A stretch of DNA of 64,000 nt from NCBI GenBank assembly GCA_030704615.1, contig CM060733.1, positions 1,302,001 to 1,366,000 on the forward strand, in the 5' to 3' direction. Of this stretch, positions 38,272 to 49,675 are shown in pieces. Position 1 is the first letter of the stretch, and every line of letters starts with the position of its first letter. The notes beneath the pieces are model-generated. The model worked only from the letters and a program-made list of their open reading frames with translations, was not told where the DNA came from and ran no database searches. The position numbers and the translations under genes are program-made. Origin of the DNA: Takakia lepidozioides (Eukaryota > Plantae > Bryophyta).

Positions 38272-40066
38272 GGCGCGACGACGGCTTGCCTTGCAAAACT
38301 GTATAGCTCCGTTGATCTTAATTGACCGGTCACCCCACTCTTCTGTACTCAAACTCGATCTTAAGTCTTCGAGCTCAGAATCCAAGGTCGCAATTCCGTC
38401 ACCAGGTTGTGCAAAGTACATCAGACTAAAGCCGTAATACTCATCGACCAGGTCCTTCACCTTTGAGGCCGTAAGAGCACTTTCCAGAAGTTCAGTCGTG
38501 AACCCCAACCTAGGATGCGTTTGGGAAACTGACCTGCCATGATTTCTTACATCGTTGTGGGCTAGAATTCTCAAAAGGAGTGGTGGCGGTCCAATGTGCG
38601 GTTTGGTGAGATTCTCCATTTGACTGATCAATCCTTCGGCAAAACCACGAGTGAATTCCAACGGATGTGGAACAACCAAACCTTTGATTCCATCTACAGT
38701 AATAGTGATGACAAGAGGATTTGAAGTTCTGGCATCGTCAAGGTCGGTATTGCCAACAGCTAGTTCGTCCATCGTGTCATCATCATGTGAGGCTTGGCTC
38801 TCTCGATGGACTCGTGTAAGTCTCCCACCTTTTTTCTTTTTCTGCTTTGGCATGTCAGGATGCCCAATGCTCTCTAAACTCCTTCACCCGATTCAATTCC
38901 TTTATCATTAACGGACCATGATCCGGCTGGGCAGTAAACGCCTTGTGGGCAGCAACAACACTGTCCATATCATCGCTTCTAAGATGATATCGAGCTCCCT
39001 GCGCAATACAGCGTGAGGGGTTACACCAGAGAAAAAGGTTACAACACGGGGTTACACATGAAAATGGGTTACAAACAAGATGGGCTACACGGGGTTACAC
39101 AGAGGTGGGTTACACACCATAGGGGTTTTTAAAAGGGGTCCTCTGTAGGTGGGTTACACTCTGGGTTACACGCCACAGGAGAGACAGGGGGGTAACACAA
39201 GGAGTTACATGGATAGACAACAGCCCAAAATTTGAAAAACAGAGAAATGGCAGGGAATCCAACTTGATTGTCTGTCGATAGAACCCAACTTGATTTTGCA
39301 GCTGTCGCATGGACTGCGCCCTCGCCTCGCGCAACAAATTCTTGGAATGCCGGCCAAAACCCCTTCTCATTGACATTCGGAAATGGGAACTGAGGAATAA
39401 GGCCATGCGGTAGCAGAAGGATTGAGCCTGGAGTTCTCTTTCGCAAGATGAACCTTGAGCTCCGGTTTCCCCGGTTTCCAATGTTGATTTTCTTTGCAAT
39501 AGGGACAGGTAGAGGCAGCTTCAATCGCTGTTTGTCTCTCTCGTTAGAAACCTGCCGAATAGAAGGACCAGGGACAGAAACAGCAGGAGCACTAGAAGAT
39601 GGAACTCTGTAGCAGAAATAGCCGAAGAAGGTACAACAGCAGGCACTTCAATAGGATCTGCAATCTCACCCAAAGCCACCCTATTTTGCAGAATCCATGC
39701 ATGATATGCATCAACAGAAGAAGCTGGAACAGAATTCATCACATTTTCAACAGCCATGGCATGCTTGAGCTCCGCATCAGGAAACGGTTTTGTTCCTTTC
39801 GGTCTGGCCATACATGCGGCCGTTCCATCGACAATATGCCGATTCAATCTGCTTTTATCTACCTTTACTGCCCCACAATAAGGACATTTGAACTTAGGCC
39901 GACCCTTTGCTCCCTCCACCTTGGCCTCTCTACACCTGGTGTGGCAGTACGCGATCATTGTAGCATGCTCATGCTCAATGTACCAGAAGCGAACTCGTTC
40001 GCCATCCCTTTTCAAGTGATCAAATGGAATAGTAGCCTCTCCAGGGAACAAATAACAATCAGCCAT
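38272..40066 (-). pseudogene. 5' part of the outer-element gene: C2HC/BED-like zinc-finger protein, continuous with the Ulp1 gene once the MULE is removed
   Basis: MADCYLF..FKCPYCGAVKVDKSRLNRHIVDGTAAC (CxxC..H..C). ORF pieces 39521-40066, 39129-39524 and 38254-38853 are separated by frameshifts and an intron containing GGGTTACA repeats. The frame joins the 26770-26932 exon at the TSD. Confidence 0.65.
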
Positions 40067-40829
40067 GACAAAAGAAAAAGCTGACAGAAGAGAAGAGAAG
40101 AGCAAGAGCAAGAAAAGACAAGACAAGAAAAGACCAAGACCAAGAGAATTCCGACGAACGTACAACAGGGAGCACGCACAGCAAGGAGTGCAGGAAGAAT
40201 ATGAAAGGCTGCGAGAAGGGGAAAACTGAACAATGATCAAAGAACGAAGAATGAAGCTAGCTAGATGTCACCCGTAAGGCACGTCGGTTAAGCGAAAGAC
40301 GGCGGTTCATTAAAATCTGGCGGCTTGCAATCAATTATATCCGCACTAACTCACACGTGTATGAGTTGCAATCCCGGTGTCACCTGGAATAGCGGAGTGT
40401 AACCCGTAACCCTACACTTGTGAGCGCGACAAACCGGCCGTTACTCGCATGCCAGGCACGTCGAGTGTAACCCTCCGTCAGGTACCCACATATGATGTAA
40501 CCCTTCGTCACAACCTCATGTACCCCTAGTCTATGTGACTCCCGAACACAACATCGATGTAACCCTGTCATATCAAACCATTAGTATGCAACCTCCAAGT
40601 AAACATGGTCAATGTAATGCCCCACCCATGTAACCCTAGCCTATGTGGCTCCGCGAGCGCAACATCCACGTAACCCATCAAACATGTCAACCCCATCTAA
40701 ACCTCCATTACTAAACCGTCTACCAAGCTAGCATGTATTGAGAAAGAAAACACCGTGTAACCCCCTGTGTGTAACCATAGCACACGTAAGGTAGTCATAT
40801 AAACCATCAGACATGTAACCGGTTGACAG

Positions 40830-41030
40830 TGCTTGCAAAACACGCATGATTCGATACGTATTGCATCCATAATAGCGATGAGTAGGCTGCCCCGGCTGGT
40901 GTGTGAACAAAAGATACACGAGAGGAGAGTGAATGGGCACCCCGTCAAATGAGCGGCTGCTTGCATGGCTAGACCGAAAGAAACAAAACCCTTTCCTAAT
41001 GCGGATCTTAGGAATACCATAGCCATCGGG
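40830..41030 (+). pseudogene. Degenerate inverted paralog of the zinc-finger exon
   Basis: CMARPKETKPFPNADLRNTIAI (+, ~40962-41027) matches CMARPKGTKPFPDAELKHAMAV (-, ~39750-39815). Confidence 0.6.
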
Positions 41031-41379
41031 GACGGTGACAAAACAACAAGAATGACATTGAGAAAGAAAAAAAATAGAGACAACCGTATCAATCGTAGAG
41101 AAAACCATAGTAATAAATTTGACGGATCGTTGCGCGGAAAGCGTTGTCTTGTATGTTGCTGGGATGACGATACTGAACTAAATGAACTACAAATCTTTCG
41201 CATTGATGTGTGAAGCCGATTGGGCACCATGGGAATTGCAGAAAGCTGATGCCCCAAAGCAAAAAAACGAGCGAGCTAGGAATCTGGAAACGGATGGAGA
41301 GAGCAAATTAGGGTTTCGGCCTCTATTTAAACCTCCATTCGGCCGTCGGATAGTTTACACGTGTATGATGTACACGAGG

Positions 41380-42250
41380 CGGTGTTACAGAGGGTTACAT
41401 GGTGGTGAGGGTTACAGAGGGTCAGAGAGGGTTACATGGAGTGAGGGTTACATACGGGTGAGGGTGACACTCTGCGGTGTTACAGAGGGTTACATGGTGG
41501 TGAGGGTTACAAAGGGTCACAGAGGGTTACATGGGTTATAGAGGGTTACATAAGGGGTGAGGACGACACTCTGCGGTGTTACAGAGGGTTACATAGGTTA
41601 CAGAGCCACAGAGGGTTTGTGAGGGTTACATGGAGTGAGGGTTACATGGTGGCGAGGGTGACACTCTGCGGTGTTACAGAGGGTTACATGGAGGTAAGGG
41701 TTACACCTGGTGAGGGATATAGAGGGTCACAGAGGGTTACATGGAGTGAGGGTTACATGGTGGTGAGGATTACAGAGGGTCAGAGAGGGTTACATGGAAT
41801 GAGGGTTACATACGGGTGAGGGTGACACTCTGCGGTGTTACAGAGGGTTACATGGTGGTGAGGGTTACAAAGGGTCACAGAGGGTTACATGGGTTACAGA
41901 GGGTTACATGGAGTGAGGGTTACATAAGGGGTGAGGGCGACACTCTGCGGTGTTACAGAGGGTTACATGGGTTACAGAGGGTTACATGGGTTACAAAGGG
42001 TTACATAGGGTTACATGGGTTGCAAAGTGTTACAGAGGGTTACATGTAGTGAGGGTTACATAGGGGTGGGGGTGACACTCTGCGGTGTTATAGAGGGTTA
42101 CATGGGTTACAGAGGGTTACATGGTGGTGAGGGTTACAGAGGGTCATGGGGTTATATGGGTTACAGAGGGTTACATGGTAGTGTGGGTTACACGGAGTTA
42201 CAGAGGGTTACATAGGGGTGATGGTTGAACCCGGGGCGGGGGTTACAGGG
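41380..42250. repeat. Large (AGA)GGGTTACA(T) / GGGTGACAC minisatellite array, probably subterminal to the outer element
   Basis: Dozens of GGGTTACA units with the higher-order repeat GGGTGACACTCTGCGGTGTTACAGAGGGTTACAT. Followed by a GC-rich block ending in a hairpin GTCAGG..CCTGAC (~42425-42446). Confidence 0.9.
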
Positions 42251-42608
42251 AACTGCAGACTGCTGGAAGCGGCGGACTGGTGTCGCACAACGACGACGCA
42301 GGGGGCGACGACGCGCCTGGGCCGACGACGCCGATGGGATGAGGGCGGGGGTGGGGAGGGATTGACTGAGCCCAGCCGGCTGCCTTTCGATGTCTGCCGG
42401 AGGCGAAGAACCGGCGGTACGGGTGTCAGGGCTGGACCGTCCTGACGCGCTTGCATTAAGTTCTTACATTATTCCTATTATCTTCCCTCTCTTGCTTTGG
42501 CAAAACATAAGAAAAAGGTGAGATTACGGTGTGTGTGTGTTTTCATGTCGTTCCATTGGGTTTTAATTTTTTTTCCCCGCAAATAAACATAACAAGCCTA
42601 AAACTGCG

Positions 42609-42773
42609 ATGGGCTCTCCTGCTTTGGCAAAACATAAGAAAAAGGTGAGAGGGAGGGGCATGACTCAGCACGACACACCAATCGGAGCCTTGACACGGTG
42701 TAAGGTCCTTTGACCACATTTTCTCCATTGACTTGAACATGTTGCAAAGTCTCTCTCTTACAAGAGAGCCAAT
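42609..42773. mobile_element. ~165-bp MITE, TIR ATTGGCTCTCTTG family
   Basis: ATGGGCTCTCCTG ... CAAGAGAGCCAAT; colinear with 61523-61691; partial copy of the left end at ~42487-42525. Confidence 0.7.
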
Positions 42774-43856
42774 AAAGCTCTCCAGGGCCTCTATCCCCTG
42801 TTCTCTTAAAAACAAAAAAATTATAAATTAAAAAATTAATTGTTTTTGGGAAAAAAGTCCTAAATGGGTTGGAATGGGCTGAGGCTAAATATGAACTGAA
42901 AAAAAAATCCGCGAAGGGGGAATCGGCATGAATGAGCAGCCTGTATGAAAGTCGAGGAGGAGGGCACCTACGTAGTAAAACCTCTGAAAATCCGAGCGAC
43001 TGCCATCCAGGATAATTTTAGCAATGAGCAGGTCAAATTTAGTGTTAGAGACTACAGTTTAGACTGGGAGAGAACGTAAACATACTTACATGGTGTTTGC
43101 ACCACAAGAGCACCCAATTGGGGTGGTGGCAATACAAATATAAGAAGGAACATGAAATTAGAAATTAGAGTAGTCGGCAGAAATGATCGTCTCAAAATTG
43201 GAAATTTGTTTTTTTTTGGAAAGTTGGAAGTCATGAAAGTGGAAGTTGCTTGACACCCAAGACAACGTGGGGAGATAAATTGCTTCCAAATTGCAGCTTC
43301 TTCCAGTTTCACTGATCAGTCTCTTTGCAGTATACTAGATAGATGGAAGCAGTGAATCGGTTTATGGGAATCAAGACCATCCTTGTAGGAATAGATATAA
43401 AAATAAGGCTATTTTACCATATTTTCGGCTCAGTCGCACCTCCTCGAACGGGGCACTTCCTTTTTGCTCCCTTTCTGTAGAAAAATTGTTCCATGGTGTT
43501 GTTGCAATTCTAGATTGACGTAGTGCACTGCGTTTTGTGGGGAAGTTGTTGCAGGATGTTGCAGCAATCTCCGAGATTGTAATTCGCTCTCCTCTCGTCA
43601 CCATCAAGTCCATAGAAACTTCTTATGGAGATTGTAGATCTCTGTTCTGTGAAATCGAGGTAGTTCATAATCGGAGAGTCTGAGAGAGCTTCACTTCTGG
43701 TCAGACTGATTTGTGCCTTCCCTGCAGACTGATCAATTTCCGGTGGAGGGAGATCAATTTGTAGAAAGTTGTACTTGACCAGCAGTCTCATCCCGAAAGC
43801 TAGCTTCTAGATTGATTTTCTGAGATTTTTCTTTGAAGGGTCGTTGCATCATCCTC

Positions 43857-46800
43857 ATGGCAACACAAAGCTCGGCAACTCGGCGACTCCTCAAGGACCT
43901 ACAAGAGGTGAAGGAGAGTCCTCTTCTCAATGTCGTTGGGGAGCCTCTGGAGAGCAATCTCTTCATCTGGCACGTCAACATCCGGAGCTCCGAGGCCGAT
44001 GACGATCATTCGAATCCTTTCACACGAGCAATCTTCCATCTCATCCTCAAGTTCCCTTCCTCCTTTCCAGCCCAAGGTCCCACCATGCACCTCTGCACAC
44101 CATTGCCTCATCCAAACGTTGCACTTCAACATCGACGTTCTCGGGTGAGTCGGCTTCAGCCAAGATTCTTGCGTCCATGTTGTTCGATAGTATCTTCCCT
44201 ATTTACTTCCATGCACGCTGATAGTCAATTGTCAACGAGGATGATCCACATTGCTCATCATGGTTGGTATGTACTGCAGACATGTAAGTTCAGTCATATA
44301 TTTGCAACGATTGGATTTGTGTCGTCTGATGAATATTTAGTAAGACAGATCTTTTGTTTGTGTAGGCGAATGGTCATCAAAATCTTTGGACGGTGTCTCT
44401 GTGGGACTGCATCCCAGCTTACAAGGGCTGGAGCAGCGCTTACAGCGTGCAAAGTGTACTGCTCCAGCTGCAAACCTTTCTTCTTCAGGAGGATCTCCTC
44501 TACGACGTTCGGAAGGTGCAGATGCAGACAGCTGTTGAAAGGACAAGAAATTTCACATGTGAAGGGTGTGGACACACAGGCCCAAAACCCTTCCCTGTGT
44601 TCTTGACACCCCATGAGATTGAGGTTTCGTTACGCAATAGGCAGAAGAAGCTGATCTCGCACCCACATCGACTGCTTCATAAGGGGAATCCCCAGCCTTC
44701 GGTTGCAGAGGAGCCGCTCCAGCAGACCTCAGATATTTCTGTCAAAGAAGCTGCTCAGCATTCTGTGCTGGAGGAGGTGCAGGGAGGTGAATGGCAAACC
44801 GTGGCAACGCGGAAGAAAAAGGGCTCTTGGGCTGCAAATGTGAGGACTGCTCAAGATCCTCCAACAAAACCCCAGCAAACTGTGGCAACGCAGAAGAAGG
44901 CTGCAAAGGTGAGAACTACTCAAGATCCTACAACAAAACCCCAGAGTCTAGTCAAGTCGGCAGAAACCAACATACTTGCCGTTGAAGAAGCCATGGGGCA
45001 CTTTGGGTCACTTCCCCAGGAGCCCCTGACAACAATCATGTGCATGCTTTCAACCAAGGATCTGAGCTCTGTCTCCAGGACATGTCGAGGACACCGCCAC
45101 CGAAGATGGGTACCTGTGGAAATCCCTGCTGCATCGCCACTTCCCTGCCACAACTCTCAATGCAGCTTCCATGGAGGATTGGAAGCATGTGTTCGTGCTG
45201 GAACAGAGCGACATCATCGAGAGTTTGCGTTGTTTCCACACCAAGTGCACGCACGAGGAAGAAGTTCTGGGTTTCCCAATTTCCTTCACCATCAACCCCC
45301 GCACGCGAGACGTAGACTACATCCAAGTCCATCTTGACATCTTGTCTCAAGGAGCTTACGCGGACGGCGTGCGCAACACAGCTGACAATCACAAGTTCAC
45401 ATTCCTTCTGCCTCTCTACATCACTGAGGAACACTTTGAGCGCGCGCTGCCAATGATTCAACAAACAATTGTCGAGCTCTGCCCTTTGATGCGCGACCGG
45501 AGATTCTCGAAAGTCTTCCGACCCGAGATGGTGTTGGAAGTCATGCCCAAGGTCCTGAACACCATGGTTGTTCTTCTGTGTGACAAGGGAGTTGGAGCGA
45601 GCGAGCGTGCCATCGAGGGCTACTGTATGATGCACCGCCTGTTTCTTGGCCTTTGTGAAAGATTCAACCTGTGGAAGAAGGCAGAGCAGGAGATTATCAA
45701 TTTCAAAAACTCTTCAGAAGCGCAAACGAAAGCAAAATGTCCAGACCTCGGAAGGCTGATGGCGCGGCTTAGTGTTTGTGTCTCTGAAGCATCTGCATGG
45801 AAGGGTTTTGTTCGGCTCCTAACGAGCGAGACTTTTGACCGGACTGTCCTGTGGATTTGCAAGCATGATCCTTCAATTGCGATGAACTATAAGCAGGCAG
45901 CTTCGACCAAAGAAGCTGATGAGAAGCTGTTACTCACAGCCTGGGAGGGGAGTAGAGTTGCTTTGAGGTTACTGATGTTTCATGTCGGTTTCCTGCACTT
46001 GCTGGCACGGCCCAACGGTACTTCCCTGAAGAAAGTCACAGCTGGTTATGACGCCTTGTATGGCATGCCATCCGCATATCTGAAGAAGCGCATTCAGGGA
46101 TTCATCAAGAGGGTTATCACAGTTGGTTACGACTGGCCATTTTTCTTCAGAATCATGGGACTGCAGTGCCCGACGAAGGAGTATCTCACGGGATGGCTGG
46201 GGCAATGCTGGCAAAACTCTCTGCGAAAAGGATACCACAAGCTTGACACCAGATTCGAGAACATACACAGGAGAGGAGTGTCAAAGATTCTACTCCAGGG
46301 AGAGTCGTACAGTGCGCCGGTGAAAATGAGGAGAGTGACGATGCTCGAAACCTGGCGCTATGTCAGTGAATTTAGGTCCTTTCTAGATGCTTCGTGCTTG
46401 CTGTACAACGTTGATGGGGAGTTTGTGGAGTTGGCCGACTATGCACATAGAATAGTAGCACGCGGTGCGATTACACACTCTGGAGATGTGTTAGACCACG
46501 CGGAACGACATGGTACACACACCATAGAGATCAATCTCGCAGAACTTGGCAAGCACGTCAAGGAGTTGTACTTCACCATGAGCGGGTGGTCTGGGGCGAC
46601 ATTGCAAGATTTCCGACTGCCCTTCTTGCAACTGAAAGATGACAACACCAATATGGAGCTCTGCGAGTACACACTTGAAGATAAAACCCTTTCCTCCCAT
46701 ACTTCAGTCATCATGTGCCGCTTGTACCGCACCGAGGGTCCGGCAACAAGGTGGGAGGTTGAAGCACTAGGTCATCTTGGAGGGGGCTCCGTAGGCAAGT

Positions 46801-46931
46801 ATGGGCCCATCAAGGACACCATCAATCGGCTTATCGATGCTCGAAAGTCTGGTACTGCGAGACTGAGAACCTCCTCCACTCTTCAAGCACCAAGTGATGG
46901 GAACAGTTACCTCAAGTCAATTTGTAAATAA
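43857..46931 (+). CDS. E2/UBC-like - F-box - helical domain - TerD fusion protein; one intron (44145-44365); frameshift at ~45088 (possible pseudogene)
   Basis: UBC: RRLLKDLQE..NLFIWH..FPSSFPAQGP..PHPNV..GWSSAYSVQSVLLQLQ. F-box: SLPQEPLTTIMCMLSTKDLSSVSRTC / (other frame) DTATEDGYLWKSLL. TerD: FLDASCLL..ITHSGD..IEINLAEL..VIMCRLYR..WEVEALG. Confidence 0.8.
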
Positions 46932-48082
46932 AGCTCTACAGGGTTTCATCATCTAAACACTCAAGAGACATGACCAAATCAGTAAAGCTGAATTTTTGAC
47001 GTTCTTATGTCAATCCCATGTAGAACCAGGGCGCGAGGAGCCATTTATGGCAAGCTTGACCTCTCCACAACAAGCTTTTACCCGCGTTTATGAAAGAAAT
47101 GGAATGAAATTTCACTGTAAAGGGAGGCCATCAGCTTTGAAAGTCACTGACTACTGTCCACTAAAATTCTCTATCCTTCCAGAACCACGCAAATTCAGGT
47201 GTTGTTCCTGTGTCTTCCACAGAAATTTCCTCCAGTGAAGAAATTTCCACAGCCTCCAGATCTGTGCTGGGAAGCACACCTTGTTTATTGCAGCCCCTCG
47301 AGCAAGAGAAGTCGACAGCTTGCACAGTGAATCAATTTTTTCTGGCGAATTTGAACTAGTGTTTGTTGATACGATGGAAGGGTCGGGATACAATCCTGGG
47401 GAGCAGAAAATCTTACGAAAGAGGACGACGATAATACAGAGTCCCACATTACCGTCCATACGACTATACCTCCTAGCGTGCCGTTGAGCTCACTAACATC
47501 ACGCAGAGTGTGTGTTAGTCCAGCACATTACAGTACACTTGAATGTACCAGTGCAATGCTTGGAGACAGGTAGTGGGTTGGTGAAAGTGTACCTGTAAAC
47601 TTGGAGCAATTTTGATCAATGTCTGCATGTCTCCCAAATTTCTATTTCTATTTATGCAGAAGTCTGCCTGCCCAACTGGAGCTGAGGCCTGCTCTCTAGG
47701 ACTACCTACACAGGTGAAAACTACTGATGGTGCCACGAGGATCGGGGTGAGGCATGCCTGCAGGCCACACTGGGCCATAATTGCTTTTGTACCTTCTCCG
47801 ATCCCAACGATAGCCCGTGTGCTTCCTGTTCGTTTGTACTTTTCCCCACAGGCACCCATCAACAGCTTGTGTGGGGCCCAACAGCAGGCAATCAGGCTTG
47901 CGACTTGCAAGTGCCAGCCAACACCCCCCTTCGCTGGATGCGGCGGTATGTAGCCGGTGCGCATCCCTCAAGTCCACGCGATCGTATCTGTCTTCACCTT
48001 CCTCTTGTTTTAGACCTTCCTGCCATCACCCTGCTGTCTCTTTAGCTGGACGGGATTCGGTGAGAACGTTCAACCTTGGGGA

Positions 48083-48469
48083 ATGGGGGAAATTGGTAGC
48101 CGAAGCTTTCCTTCGGTTTTGTGCTTGTGCGGGCTTCTTCTTCTATCCATCGTAGAGGGAGCGAGGGCGGGAGTGGACCTGGGGGAACGGTCTCAAGCAA
48201 TGGCAACGAGGCTAATCAGCCCCAGCGACGATATCTTTGCTGGTTTTAGATACGAGGAAGGAGAGGATATGGAGATAGCGAGAAGAATGTTGGCAGGTTC
48301 TGGCTACTTCATTAGTTATGGTGCTTTGTCAGCCAATCGTATTCCTTGCCCTGCAGGGTCGGGCAGGTCTTACTACACATCCAATTGCAACAACCAGAAG
48401 GGTGCTGTGAGGCCTTACACGCGAGGCTGTCAGGCCATCACACACTGTGCCAGAGGAATAGGACGATAA
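48083..48469 (+). CDS. RALF: Rapid alkalinization factor (RALF) prepropeptide
   Basis: Signal peptide, RRML S1P cleavage site, FISYGAL motif, four Cys (RIPC..GRSYY..NC..PYTRGC..ITHCAR); intronless. Confidence 0.96.
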   Translation: MGEIGSRSFPSVLCLCGLLLLSIVEGARAGVDLGERSQAMATRLISPSDDIFAGFRYEEGEDMEIARRMLAGSGYFISYGALSANRIPCPAGSGRSYYTSNCNNQKGAVRPYTRGCQAITHCARGIGR

Positions 48470-49675
48470 ATCTTCCGAGGTAAGGAGCCGCATTTCGTTT
48501 GTGGAAGAACACCGGGAAAATTCGGACAAGGACGAGTTCAGGTTTTGTAGGTTGTTTCTTGTGATATGTTAACAGATGTGGGCTGTCCTTCATATCCAAG
48601 TCCAAGGTCCATGTAAGTCTTGGAAAGGGCACTGAATGCTTTCTTTTGGTTCAACATTTCCGGTGAGGTTATTGTGGACCTTGCTTTCTCAAGGCATCTT
48701 TATCAGCAGCTTTGTACCCTCTAGCAGCAACTCCTTCTCTGCAACGGGACGTGGCTTAGCTGGTGGACTGATCCTGCTTTCCTTTCACAGCCGTTACTTT
48801 TCTATGAATGGAAGTCTGTATTGCACTACACTGATAGACATCGTTCTTTCTATGCAGTTGACCTGCTTCACTGTCTCCTGGATTTCTACACAATTGGAAC
48901 TGGCATGGAGAGATATTTGCCAAAGGGTGGGTTAGATAGGAGGCCCAGTGATGAATCACTTCAAGGAGCAGGAATTGCTTCGCTTTGTTGACATATGCAT
49001 GTTAACACAGGCATTTGGAAAGGGGCTTCTGAGAGAGAAAGACAAGATGGTCAGCCAGGAGTTGTCCTCTTGACTTCCATAATCCATGGAAGCAGGTCAT
49101 CATGTCCCTTTTGGACTGCACTTTGGTAGGGAGATCCATGCTGATTTTTTGCTGCTACTGGTTTATTCCTCTTGCGTATTTGAGGTTGTATGTACATTCC
49201 CTGATCATGGATGCTACTACTGAAAATGCACTCTCTTGGATCAGGTCTCACTCATGGAAAGGAAGTTCAAAGTGAGAGGTCAAAACTCAAAACTCTTCTT
49301 CCAGACAGTTTGTACTGTGCATCTGCCAATTTGAACTAAAACTAGAACCCAAAAGTGACCGCAGGTCGATTTCCAGCAGGATACTCAACCCCGGGGCCTG
49401 AGTTTCATGTTTGCAACTCAGCCTGGAACTGGCACGGTGCTTGTGCATATCAAGATTCAAAATGCATCCACGAGCTGGTTTGTTACATGCAGTTCAAACA
49501 TAGATACCAGGGACTCTGAACAGCACCCGTGCAGGAGCCTGTGATCCATCCCACAATTCAATGCATCCTCTCACCAATTTGTGGCAGAAAAATAACGGGG
49601 GCCATTATCAGTACCCATCCGTAAGGTGCTCATCGACACCGCAGCGCGCTGTTGATGTGGCCAAAAGAAGGCTTG

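Noticed and set aside
41380-42250. Telomeric or interstitial telomere repeat; ORFs such as RVTWSEGY repeats
   Set aside because: Unit is GGGTTACA with variable linkers, not TTTAGGG/TTAGGG tandem; the ORFs are translation artefacts of the minisatellite.
47515-47977. Overlapping 90-150 aa ORFs upstream of RALF
   Set aside because: No domain features; likely promoter/UTR sequence.
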